Counted from the first letter of the stretch, positions 1 to 8,304 are shown. The stretch is 40,000 bases of DNA from Actinomycetes bacterium (GCA_023418575.1 JAEZZM010000044.1:41344-81343), one strand, 5' to 3'. The notes: generated from the sequence alone by a model not told the origin. Made by a program: numbers and translations.

Positions 1-1312
1 TAAGCTGATAAAGCTCAGCTAAACTCTCCTTCATGGCTTGTGCTAGACGCTCAATATCTTCTCTTGTGTGTGCAGCAGAGATAAATAAGGCCTCAAACTG
101 TGAGGGGGCAATCAAAAAGCCCTTATCGCACATCAAAGAAAAATAAGCAGAAAAGGCTTGGGTATCAGCCTTGCGTGCATCATCCCAATTTTTGGGCTTT
201 GTATTGGTAAAGAAGAGTGTGGCAAGCGATCCTAAACGAGCAAAACTTACAGGAAGATTGTGCTGGCTGATAAATTTGTTTATATCCTGTTCAAGGTAGG
301 CTCCAAGCTCTTCTAGATAGGAATAGGGCCGCTCTTGTTCTAGAAGCTCAAGAACTTTAAGCCCTGCCGTCATGGCAATGGGGTTTCCCGAGAGCGTACC
401 CGCCTGATATACCGAACCCACAGGGGCAAGCTCATTCATAATTTCTTTTTTACCGCCAAAGGCGCCAACAGGAAAACCGCCACCGATGATTTTTCCGTAA
501 CACACTATGTCAGCCTCAATGCCAAAAAGCTCTTGGGCTCCACCCAAAGCAGCCCTAAAACCACTGATAACCTCATCAAAAATAAGAAGGCTTCCGTACT
601 GAGTACAGAGCTCGCGCAAATCCTCTAAAAAGCCTGGCTCTGGAGCAACTAGTCCCATATTCCCTGCTATGGGCTCTACGATCACTGCTGCTATCTCTTG
701 TGGATATTGCTCAAATAGAGCCTGTACTAAAGCGCTGTTGTTATATTGCGCAAGTAGAGTATCTTGAACTGCAGCTTGGGTAACTCCTGGGGTACCTGGA
801 ATGTTAAAGGTTGCAATTCCAGATCCAGCACTCACCAAGAGAGCATCAGAGTGTCCGTGGTAGTTACCTTCAAACTTAATGAACTTATCACGCTTAGTAT
901 AGCCACGCGCCAATCTTAATGCTGACATTGTGGCCTCGGTTCCGCTTGAAACAAAGCGCAGCATTTCAAGACCTGGAACAAGGCTGCACATCTTTTTGGC
1001 CAAGGCAGACTCTGCAAGACAGCAGGCTCCAAAACTACTACCTTTATCTAGCGCCTCTTTAACCGCCTTTGAAATTTCTTGCGGATTATGACCCAAAATC
1101 ATGGGTCCCCAAGATCCAATAAAGTCTAGGTATTCATTTCCGTCAATATCTACAACCTTGGCGCCTGCAGCTTTCTCATAAAAGATGGGCTGCATATCAA
1201 CTGAGGCAAAGGCTCTTACGGGAGAATTGACGCCTCCCGGGATATAGTTTTGCGCCTCCTCAAAAGCTTGCTGTGACTTTGTATGGTTAAGCTTATTCTG
1301 AGCTGATGACAT
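1..1312 (-). CDS. hemL: Glutamate-1-semialdehyde 2,1-aminomutase; the C-terminus runs off the window edge (absent from the supplied ORF track because no stop lies in the window)
   Basis: Hand translation from ATG at 1312..1310 gives MSSAQNKLNHTKSQQAFEEAQNYIPGGVNSPVRAFAS, the conserved GSA-aminomutase N-terminus. In the same frame near 877 it reads KFEGNYHGHSDALLVSAGSG, which matches the family motif KFEGCYHGH. The last codons at the window edge are still open. Other tetrapyrrole genes are adjacent. Confidence 0.85.
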   Translation of the reverse strand, partial: MSSAQNKLNHTKSQQAFEEAQNYIPGGVNSPVRAFASVDMQPIFYEKAAGAKVVDIDGNEYLDFIGSWGPMILGHNPQEISKAVKEALDKGSSFGACCLAESALAKKMCSLVPGLEMLRFVSSGTEATMSALRLARGYTKRDKFIKFEGNYHGHSDALLVSAGSGIATFNIPGTPGVTQAAVQDTLLAQYNNSALVQALFEQYPQEIAAVIVEPIAGNMGLVAPEPGFLEDLRELCTQYGSLLIFDEVISGFRAALGGAQELFGIEADIVCYGKIIGGGFPVGAFGGKKEIMNELAPVGSVYQAGTLSGNPIAMTAGLKVLELLEQERPYSYLEELGAYLEQDINKFISQHNLPVSFARLGSLATLFFTNTKPKNWDDARKADTQAFSAYFSLMCDKGFLIAPSQFEALFISAAHTREDIERLAQAMKESLAELYQL

Positions 1313-1581
1313 GTGCCCTCTCTTTACTAGTTTTTATCGTCCCCACAACTCCTTGCTGGACTTGAGCTAGCACTGAGCCTTGTTAAGGAAACCTAAGATC
1401 GAGTAAAACATCTTTAATTCTAGCATGCCGCTTTTTTGAACACGCTGCCTTTTTCTCCTCATTTTTCTCTTGATTTTTCTCTTTATAAATATGTTCAGAA
1501 GTAGGATAATAAGCAAGTTGGCAGCAATTAAAACTGCTGGGATGTCACAAAAAGCTTAAGCTCAATAGATACAAGGGGTAC

Positions 1582-2778
1582 TTGCGCGTGGACGATAAGA
1601 TACGTCTATTTGTAAAACGCGAGCTTGTTTTACTTATATCATGTTGTGCAGCAATTATTAGCTGCGCCTTTATCAGCGAGTGGCCTAATTATATTGAAGC
1701 CATCCATTTTCACACCCTCTTTTTGCTTTTTGCACTCATGCTCTCTGTAGAAGGACTTGCTTCTACTGGCGTCTTTTCTTATTTGGCATACAACCTTGTT
1801 AAAAAAGCAAAAGATTCCAGACGACTGGCCTTAGTTTTTGGGCTTATAACCTGCTTTGCTGCCATGTTTCTTACTAATGATGTGGCACTTTTGGTCTTTA
1901 TTCCCTTTGCAATACGTTCTTTCACGATAGCCCAAGATGCAGGAAAATCCCTGATGATTAGCTGTGTAATTATGACTCTTGCTGCCATCGTTGGAGCCTC
2001 GCTTACCCCTATTGGTAATCCCCACAATCTTTATTTGTATGAATATTTCAATATGAGTCCGCAAGAATTCTTTGCAGTATCTGTGCCTATGGTTCTCATT
2101 GGAATAGCCCTTATTATTGCCTGGGCAGGAGTTGTACCTTTAAGAAAAATTAGACCTGTAGATATAAGCGCTCCCGATATAAGTAAAAAATGGATTATAT
2201 ACGCAGCTTTTCTCGCCCTTTGTACCGTCTTTTCTGTACTTCACCTACCTACACAATATCTACTTGTGCTGGTGGGACTTCCCATCCTTATTGGCAACCC
2301 CAAGCTCTTTAAGCGCGTTAACTACTCGCTTTTACTTACCTTTACCTGCTTTTTTATTCTGGTAGCTAACTTAACACATATCAGCAGTGTTACCACTCTT
2401 TTGACCCAGCTTGTCTCACATAATGCTTATCTAGCGGCAGTAATATCTTGTCAATTTATCTCTAATGTACCTGCCAGCATTGCCCTATCTCCTTTTACCG
2501 ATCAAGGAACAGCGCTTATGGTGGGGACTAATGTTGGAGGCCTGGGCATGATTTATGCCTCAATGGCAAGTCTTATTAGTTTTAGGCTCTATAACTCTCA
2601 TGCGCTCCTGCAGCCACATACCAACGATTATGATTCTTTATCAGAGCAGGATAATCCAGATAGACCTAAGCAAATCCTTCCTCACTGTATAGCAAAGAGC
2701 TATCTGCGCACCTGGACGCTCATTTCAATATCCTGCCTAATTGTATTTATTTTTGCTGGCTTGCTGCTGCGCTGGTAA
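1582..2778 (+). CDS. Polytopic membrane permease, ArsB/NhaD/CitMHS-like anion or ion transporter superfamily; substrate unknown
   Basis: The 398-aa ORF has about 10 or more hydrophobic segments and a two-halves architecture typical of the ion-transporter superfamily. AAGGGG lies upstream; a GTG at 1588 is an alternative start with better RBS spacing than the TTG at 1582. This is the only plus-strand gene in the window. Confidence 0.55.
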   Translation: MRVDDKIRLFVKRELVLLISCCAAIISCAFISEWPNYIEAIHFHTLFLLFALMLSVEGLASTGVFSYLAYNLVKKAKDSRRLALVFGLITCFAAMFLTNDVALLVFIPFAIRSFTIAQDAGKSLMISCVIMTLAAIVGASLTPIGNPHNLYLYEYFNMSPQEFFAVSVPMVLIGIALIIAWAGVVPLRKIRPVDISAPDISKKWIIYAAFLALCTVFSVLHLPTQYLLVLVGLPILIGNPKLFKRVNYSLLLTFTCFFILVANLTHISSVTTLLTQLVSHNAYLAAVISCQFISNVPASIALSPFTDQGTALMVGTNVGGLGMIYASMASLISFRLYNSHALLQPHTNDYDSLSEQDNPDRPKQILPHCIAKSYLRTWTLISISCLIVFIFAGLLLRW

Positions 2779-2811
2779 TTTTGATGAGCTTCTCAAGTTA
2801 GGCAGTCAATA

Positions 2812-2876
2812 TAACTAGCTGATATAACTAACTGACACAGCTAACTAATATAACTAGCTGATATAACTAGTCGATA
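2812..2876. repeat. Five tandem 13-bp units (TAACTAGCTGATA / TAACTAACTGACA / CAGCTAACTAATA / TAACTAGCTGATA / TAACTAGTCGATA), containing a perfect 22-bp duplication (2809..2830 = 2848..2869)
   Basis: Read directly from the sequence. The last unit overlaps the final codons and TAG stop (2867..2869) of the minus-strand ahbA/B gene. Confidence 0.85.
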
Positions 2877-3949
2877 AAATAGCGCATTGATACCTTTTTG
2901 AGCTCACGAGTAGAATACAAGAGCATCTCAGGTTTTATCTCTATACCCTCATTTTTGCAGGCATCGACAACACGCTGAGCTACCGCTTCACACTCAGCTT
3001 CACTCATACCGTGAATCATGGAATAAAAGTTATATGGCCAGGTTTCTCTTCTAGGGCGCTCGTAGCAGTGAGAGATTTCAGGCTGCTGTGCCATGATGGC
3101 CCCTACCTTATCGCTGTGTTCATCTGAAATATTCCAAACGCCCATAGCATTATGGCTAAAGCCCAGCTTTCTGTGACGTACAGCTGCCCCAAAACGACGA
3201 ATAGTTTTATTGAACTTCCAATTTCTTAAGCGCTGCAAAACAATATCTTCAGTGATCACATGACCCAAACTAGCTTCAAATTCTGTAGTAAGTTTTTGCG
3301 CTATAGCTTGATAGGGCTCGATTTCATCGCTTAAATCATCTTGCAAAAGTCTTACCAAGGCCTTATCGAATTCTGAAAATTCTTCTACAACTACCTGAGA
3401 GGGGACCAAAGGAGCTGCGCTTGGCCTAGTAGCAGATTTGTGTTCCGCAGGAGAATGCTTACTTGATTCGTTTGGCTCATTTGAAGCAAGCTTAAAATCA
3501 ACCCTAATTTTATACAGCTTAAGAGCAGGTAAGTATAGATAATCTGGACAGCCTGAGGCCTTAGCAAGCTCTTCTAAAAAGGCATGGATATGCAAGACAG
3601 AAGGTGCTGTGACAGTAAACCAAAGATTGTAGTGTCCTGGTCGCTCATAATTATGAGTTACATAGGGGCTGGCATTAACGAGCTGCGCCACCTCATCAAA
3701 ATCTTTATCTTTTCCCACAGCTAAAGCACAAAGTGAGGAAGCATAGCCCAGATGGGCAGAGTCAAATATTGCCCCCAGCCTTCGGATAATTTTTTCTTGC
3801 TTTAAGTCTTGAACAAGGGAAAACACCTCTTGCTCATCTGCAAAGCCCAGATCTTGAGCAAGTTGAACATAGGGACTTTTGCATAAAGGAAAATCTGCTT
3901 GAATACGATTTAAAAGCTGCGCTTTTTTATCTTCTACCATCTGCGTCAT
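2867..3949 (-). CDS. ahbAB: Siroheme decarboxylase, fused AhbA-AhbB (NirDL-like, two AsnC/Lrp-type halves)
   Basis: The 360-aa protein has two homologous halves. Each has an N-terminal HTH-like segment (LLNRIQADFPL...IIRRLGAIFD and ALVRLLQDDLS...TIRRFGAAVRH) typical of the NirD/L/G/H-AhbA/B family. It sits next to a NirJ-like radical-SAM gene and hemB. Confidence 0.75.
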   Translation of the reverse strand: MTQMVEDKKAQLLNRIQADFPLCKSPYVQLAQDLGFADEQEVFSLVQDLKQEKIIRRLGAIFDSAHLGYASSLCALAVGKDKDFDEVAQLVNASPYVTHNYERPGHYNLWFTVTAPSVLHIHAFLEELAKASGCPDYLYLPALKLYKIRVDFKLASNEPNESSKHSPAEHKSATRPSAAPLVPSQVVVEEFSEFDKALVRLLQDDLSDEIEPYQAIAQKLTTEFEASLGHVITEDIVLQRLRNWKFNKTIRRFGAAVRHRKLGFSHNAMGVWNISDEHSDKVGAIMAQQPEISHCYERPRRETWPYNFYSMIHGMSEAECEAVAQRVVDACKNEGIEIKPEMLLYSTRELKKVSMRYFID

Positions 3950-3968
3950 AAGGCCTCCTTTGGGCTAC

Positions 3969-5447
3969 TTAGTCCAGCTGTCCTGATGCAATCTTTCTTG
4001 CATGAGCTTGCTTGCCCTCTTCACGATATTTGCGAGGCACATAGGCACAATAGGGTTCTTCTTGCATGTAGTCCCCGCTTTCGGCTAGGGCTCTTGCTCT
4101 ACAGCCGCCGCACACTGCCTTGTATTCACAAGCACCGCATTTACCCTTAAGCAAGCTATAATCACGCAGGTCATTAAGGACGGGTGACTGAGTCCAGATG
4201 GTATCAAAACCAAGCTCTTTTACATTTCCACACTGCAAATTGAAATAGCCGCAGGGCTGAATATCCCCCGTATGCGAAATAAAACAGAAGGTAATTCCAC
4301 CCAAACAGCCTCTTGTTATAGCATCTAAACCATACTCTTCTGCTGAAAGCTTGGAGCCTTCTTCACGTGTTTTTTGATGAATAATACGATAATACTGGGG
4401 CGCATCAGTTGGTTTGAAGTGCAAAGGTGAGCTCTTTTGTCTATCATAAGCCCAGGTAAGAGCCCTCTCATATTCTTCAGGGCTAAGCTCCACCTCACGC
4501 AGATCCTCTCCTCGTCCTGTTGGAACAAGAAGAAAGATATGAAAAGCATCAATATCTAAAGACAGCGCCAGCTCATGCATTTCTTCTAAAAGCTCATGAT
4601 TCATTTTTGTAACCGTGGTATTTATCTGCACCCCCACACCAGCGGCTTTTGCGCGCCTAATGCCAGCAAGAGAGGCCTCAAAAGCTCCTTGCTGCCCTCT
4701 AAACTCATCATGGCGCTCTTTATCTGGGAAATCAATTGAAATAGAGATGCGCGGGATATGATGCTCTGCCAGCTTTTGCGCTATTTCTTCTGTGAGCAGT
4801 GTTCCGTTGGTAGAAACTACCGGAGATGCCCCCTTGCTTTGTGCATAATCAATAATATCCCAGATATCAGGGCGCAAAAGCGGCTCCCCGCCTGTAAGTA
4901 TAAGAATGGGGTTAGTGATGCTGGTGATATTATCAATGGTGGCCTTTATCTCTTCAAAGCTCAGCTCACCAGGGTAATGACCAAATTCAGAGGCTGCTCT
5001 ACAGTGAACACAGGAAAGATTACAAGATCGCGTTAATTCCCAGGCGATAATACGGGGCGCCTTAATACCTGTTTTTTCTTGATAGGCTAAGGCTTGAGGC
5101 CCACCACCTGGTCTAAAACCGCGTGAACGTGAACCTCCATGACGCTGACTCATAGCGTGCGGATGGCCTACAGGGTGCCCGCCTGGGTGGCCGTGGGGAT
5201 GGCCTCCTGGGTGCCCGCCTGGGTGTCCGTGTGGATGACCACCAGGATGTCCGTATGGGTGTCCACCGGGATGTCCATGTGGATGCCCTCCAGGATGAGC
5301 AAAACTGGATGCTTCATCCTTATCGGCATCACGTTCTTTGCCTTGGGGCTCCTTAGTGATTATTGCCGCGAGCTCTGCACCGCAAGGAGCAAAGGCCTCA
5401 GCTAGCTCTTCGGGGCTTAAATCCACCAGGGGATCTTGTTTATGCAT
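3969..5447 (-). CDS. NirJ-like radical-SAM/SPASM enzyme of the alternative heme pathway (AhbC or AhbD; not distinguishable here), with an approximately 120-aa His-rich N-terminal extension
   Basis: It has the CNLSCVHC radical-SAM CX3CX2C motif and a C-terminal SPASM-type cysteine cluster (GKCGACEYKAVCGGCRARA). A strong RBS (GAGGAGAGGGA) lies directly upstream of the ATG at 5447. Its neighbours are ahbAB and hemB. Confidence 0.75.
   Translation of the reverse strand: MHKQDPLVDLSPEELAEAFAPCGAELAAIITKEPQGKERDADKDEASSFAHPGGHPHGHPGGHPYGHPGGHPHGHPGGHPGGHPHGHPGGHPVGHPHAMSQRHGGSRSRGFRPGGGPQALAYQEKTGIKAPRIIAWELTRSCNLSCVHCRAASEFGHYPGELSFEEIKATIDNITSITNPILILTGGEPLLRPDIWDIIDYAQSKGASPVVSTNGTLLTEEIAQKLAEHHIPRISISIDFPDKERHDEFRGQQGAFEASLAGIRRAKAAGVGVQINTTVTKMNHELLEEMHELALSLDIDAFHIFLLVPTGRGEDLREVELSPEEYERALTWAYDRQKSSPLHFKPTDAPQYYRIIHQKTREEGSKLSAEEYGLDAITRGCLGGITFCFISHTGDIQPCGYFNLQCGNVKELGFDTIWTQSPVLNDLRDYSLLKGKCGACEYKAVCGGCRARALAESGDYMQEEPYCAYVPRKYREEGKQAHARKIASGQLD
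5157..5297 (-). repeat. In-frame coding tandem repeat of roughly 24-nt / 8-aa units, HPGGHPxG (16 His in 47 residues)
   Basis: Residues 51-97 of the 3969..5447 product read HPGGHPHGHPGGHPYGHPGGHPHGHPGGHPGGHPHGHPGGHPVGHPH. The DNA shows a matching ggatg/ggtg periodicity. Confidence 0.9.
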
Positions 5448-5510
5448 TCCCTCTCCTCATTCTTCCAATGTATGCGCCTGCTGGTCAGGCGACATCAAGA
5501 CCGCATGAAG

Positions 5511-6488
5511 CTATTCTTGCAACCAGCGAGCAGCATCTTTTGCATGATAGGTAATAATCAGATCTGCTCCTGCGCGCTTCATGGATAACAACTCTTCCAA
5601 AACTATGCGCTTCTCGTCAATCCAGCCCTTCTCGGCAGCTGCCTTAACCATGGCATACTCACCCGAAACGTTATAACAGACTGTGGGAAATTCAAAGCGC
5701 TCTTTTACACGCCAGATAATGTCAAGATAAGAAAGCGCCGGCTTAACCATAATGAAATCCGCATTTTCTTGAATATCAAGCTCAACTTCTCTTAAGGCTT
5801 CAAGGGCGTTAGCGGGATCCATCTGATAGCCTTTTCTGTCTCCAAATTGAGGAGCAGAATCTGCAGCCTCTCTAAAAGGGCCATAGAAGGCCGAGCAAAA
5901 CTTAGCGCTATATGACATGATGGGAATTTCTTCATAACCCGCCTCATCAAGAGCCTCACGCAAAGCGGAAATACGGCCATCCATCATATCTGAGGGGGCA
6001 ATGATGTCTACGCCTGCCTCGCAATGGCTTATAGCTTCCTTGCAAAGCATTTTAAGTGTTGCATCATTTACCACCTGACCCTGCTTATCTAGGGCACCGC
6101 AGTGGCCATGGGATGTATACTCACACATGCAGACATCAGTGATCACTATCATAGAGGGGTCAACTCGATGAATCTCTTTAATGGCTTGTTGAACCGCTCC
6201 ATTTGGATCATAGCTTTCAGTACCAAGCTCATCTTTTTTATCGGGAATACCAAATAATATGACACTGCGAATTCCCAAGGATTTAAGTTCTAGAATTTCC
6301 TGCTCAAGCATATCTATTGACAGACGATAACAGCCTGGCATAGAGGAGATAGCCTCTTTAAGCTTGTCTCCGTGCTTAACATATAAAGGATAGATGAAGT
6401 CACAAGCACTAAGCTGCGTTTCACTAACAAGGCTGCGCAGGCTTTCAGAAGCTCTTAGACGGCGCATGCGATACTGAGGGAATTGCAT
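5511..6488 (-). CDS. hemB: Porphobilinogen synthase (delta-aminolevulinate dehydratase), Zn-type
   Basis: 325 aa. It carries the cysteine-rich Zn site DVCMCEYTSHGHCG and the conserved active-site regions (MVKPA..., YNVSGEYAM). Confidence 0.92.
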   Translation of the reverse strand: MQFPQYRMRRLRASESLRSLVSETQLSACDFIYPLYVKHGDKLKEAISSMPGCYRLSIDMLEQEILELKSLGIRSVILFGIPDKKDELGTESYDPNGAVQQAIKEIHRVDPSMIVITDVCMCEYTSHGHCGALDKQGQVVNDATLKMLCKEAISHCEAGVDIIAPSDMMDGRISALREALDEAGYEEIPIMSYSAKFCSAFYGPFREAADSAPQFGDRKGYQMDPANALEALREVELDIQENADFIMVKPALSYLDIIWRVKERFEFPTVCYNVSGEYAMVKAAAEKGWIDEKRIVLEELLSMKRAGADLIITYHAKDAARWLQE

Positions 6489-6564
6489 AAGCTAAGTATC
6501 CATTCTTATAGTTCTTGTAATTTGGTAAAACCGGTAGAGCATTACTATAGAATACCAGAGACTT

Positions 6565-6640
6565 TGGTGGAGACGAAGGGAGTCGAACCCTCGGCCTCTG
6601 CCATGCGACGGCAGCGCTCTCCCAACTGAGCTACGTCCCC
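6565..6640 (-). tRNA. tRNA-Ala (anticodon CGC), CCA encoded
   Basis: The reverse complement is GGGGACGTAGCTCAGTTGGGAGAGCGCTGCCGTCGCATGGCAGAGGCCGAGGGTTCGACTCCCTTCGTCTCCACCA. It folds as a cloverleaf with a G3:U70 Ala identity pair and anticodon loop GTCGCAT. Confidence 0.9.
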
Positions 6641-6736
6641 TTCTATAAGCTCATTATCACTATTAATAAAGCTTAGTAGATTTTACCACTAATGGAGCTT
6701 AATGCTTATGAGGCTGTGCTGTATTAGCGCCTGTTT

Positions 6737-7768
6737 TTATCGATCAAATTTAAAGCGCATACGATCAATAAAGGTGTCGCCTGGATCTATATTGGGGAAC
6801 GTACCCATAACTTGCCCTTGATTGACACTATGGGGATCAGATAAAGAATTTTCCACAGTTTGTACGGGGAAATTAGCGCTATGAGCTGGGCTTGGTCTGT
6901 GTTCCAGAACACCGTTTGTTTTAGCATCACTTTCTGCAAGTGCCTTAATATAGACAGAAGTATCCTCTGTTGGTGCCACAGGAGCTAAGGACTCCACGCT
7001 GTTTACTAAAGATTGTGCAGTATTTTCAAGGCTAGAATTGTCTTCATAGCGGCCAGATAACTCTGGTACCAAGGGTGCAACATACTGACCTGTCATCTCT
7101 AGATTCATGTCTTCTAGCAAGGCTTGATGCTTATAGCGAGAACGTAAAACCGCACTGCTCGCTAAGGCAATAATCAAAACTGAGGCGGCAGCGGCAACAC
7201 CAATAGGAAACCAAATTGAGGTAAACCAATACCCAGGAGTGTTGCTTCCCCACATAAGACGAATGGGCTCTTTGCTAGCGGTTCCGCTTACGCCGATAAG
7301 TTCTGAGCCAGAGCCAGATGCAGCACCATTATTTTGTCCTGAACTTGAGGTGCTAATCTTTAAGTTGGCATCGGAGGCTGCTTTTTGCCCATTAAGATCA
7401 TCCAGTTTTTTTGCAGCATCTGCGGCATTTTTTGCCTCTTTTTGCGCCTTTTGAGCTGCGGCTTGTGCTCTTTGCGCTGCAGCACTTTGAGCACTTTGAT
7501 TGCTCTGTGTGCGCTGGCTATTTTGATTTGCTGCACCATTGTTGGTATTTGCGTTGCTATTTGCATTGCTGCCCGTAGTCCCTGTGTTCCCTGCGTTGGA
7601 ATTGGCATTAGCATTTGAATTAGCAGTAGAGCTTGAGGCAGCTTGATTGTTGCTTGATGTTGTAGAGCTAGTGGCCAAAGCTTGACCCATAAATAACTGG
7701 GCAGAAATAAGACCTGCGCCGCAGAGGGCAATCAGGACCTGATATGAACGAAGCTTGCTGTGTTTCAT
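6737..7768 (-). CDS. Hypothetical secreted/bitopic protein: signal peptide, N/S/A/Q low-complexity region, one TM helix and an approximately 130-aa C-terminal domain
   Basis: The N-terminus MKHSKLRSYQVLIALCGAGLISAQLFMGQALA looks like a signal peptide. It is followed by an SNANANSNAGNTG.../AAQRAQAAAQKAQKEAK low-complexity stretch and the TM segment WFTSIWFPIGVAAAASVLIIALASSAVL. I recognise no family. Confidence 0.6.
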   Translation of the reverse strand: MKHSKLRSYQVLIALCGAGLISAQLFMGQALATSSTTSSNNQAASSSTANSNANANSNAGNTGTTGSNANSNANTNNGAANQNSQRTQSNQSAQSAAAQRAQAAAQKAQKEAKNAADAAKKLDDLNGQKAASDANLKISTSSSGQNNGAASGSGSELIGVSGTASKEPIRLMWGSNTPGYWFTSIWFPIGVAAAASVLIIALASSAVLRSRYKHQALLEDMNLEMTGQYVAPLVPELSGRYEDNSSLENTAQSLVNSVESLAPVAPTEDTSVYIKALAESDAKTNGVLEHRPSPAHSANFPVQTVENSLSDPHSVNQGQVMGTFPNIDPGDTFIDRMRFKFDR

Positions 7769-7863
7769 CTTTGTCTACTTTCGCTCTTTAAGTCACTATG
7801 AATACTTCTTAGATTGATATTCTTAGAATAAAAGAGCTATCAATTTTTTGCTAGAGCTAACCT

Positions 7864-7897
7864 AAAAAAATAAGCCTCAAGTTATGCTTGAGGCTTA
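7864..7897 (-). terminator. Rho-independent terminator ending the tal-rho-grx-like unit
   Basis: A perfect 11-bp stem (7871..7881 / 7887..7897) with a 5-nt loop is followed on the minus strand by ATTTTTTT. Confidence 0.75.
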
Positions 7898-7970
7898 AGA
7901 CTTTAAAAGAATTCCACAATTAGGCCCAACTTCATTAAGCCTATCTTCATCACGTTAAAAGACTAACTGT

Positions 7971-8002
7971 CCCCTAAGCTTTGCTCCGCGATAGCTTAGG
8001 GG
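7971..8002 (-). terminator. Stem-loop (10-bp perfect stem, 12-nt loop) immediately 3' of the glutaredoxin-like gene; possibly a first, weak terminator or an RNA-stability hairpin
   Basis: CCCCTAAGCT (7971..7980) pairs with AGCTTAGGGG (7993..8002). Only a weak U tract follows on the minus strand. Confidence 0.4.
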
Positions 8003-8013
8003 ACCCCTAAGGC

Positions 8014-8304
8014 TTACAAAAAAGAAGGGCGCGGATCTTTAAAACCCAATAAGTTTTGTAGATCTTTTTTCTTAAATCCACAGGTAAAAGTTTCGCCTGC
8101 AACAATAACAGGAAATACTAAAGCGCCCGTGAGCTCTTTAATATAGCTTGCTACCTGAGTTGACTCAGGCTCAGGCAAGGCATCAACCACTATCTCTTCA
8201 AAGGCAATATTAAACTTTTCAAGATAGCGCTTGGTTGCTGCGCAGTAGGCGCAATTTTGTATCGAATATACAATACAATCCCGTTTACTTGCTTGCTTGA
8301 CCAT
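8014..8304 (-). CDS. Glutaredoxin/NrdH-like small thioredoxin-fold protein
   Basis: 96 aa with a CAYC redox motif in an N-terminal beta-alpha context (IVYSIQNCAYCAATKRYL) and a VFPVIV(A)G motif. Its ATG overlaps the rho stop by 1 nt (TAATG). Confidence 0.6.
   Translation of the reverse strand: MVKQASKRDCIVYSIQNCAYCAATKRYLEKFNIAFEEIVVDALPEPESTQVASYIKELTGALVFPVIVAGETFTCGFKKKDLQNLLGFKDPRPSFL

Noticed and set aside
2809-2876. Short direct repeats could be a CRISPR array or mobile-element termini.
   Set aside because: The units are contiguous 13-mers with no spacers. There are no cas genes, transposase or inverted terminal repeats nearby, and the array is only 65 bp long.
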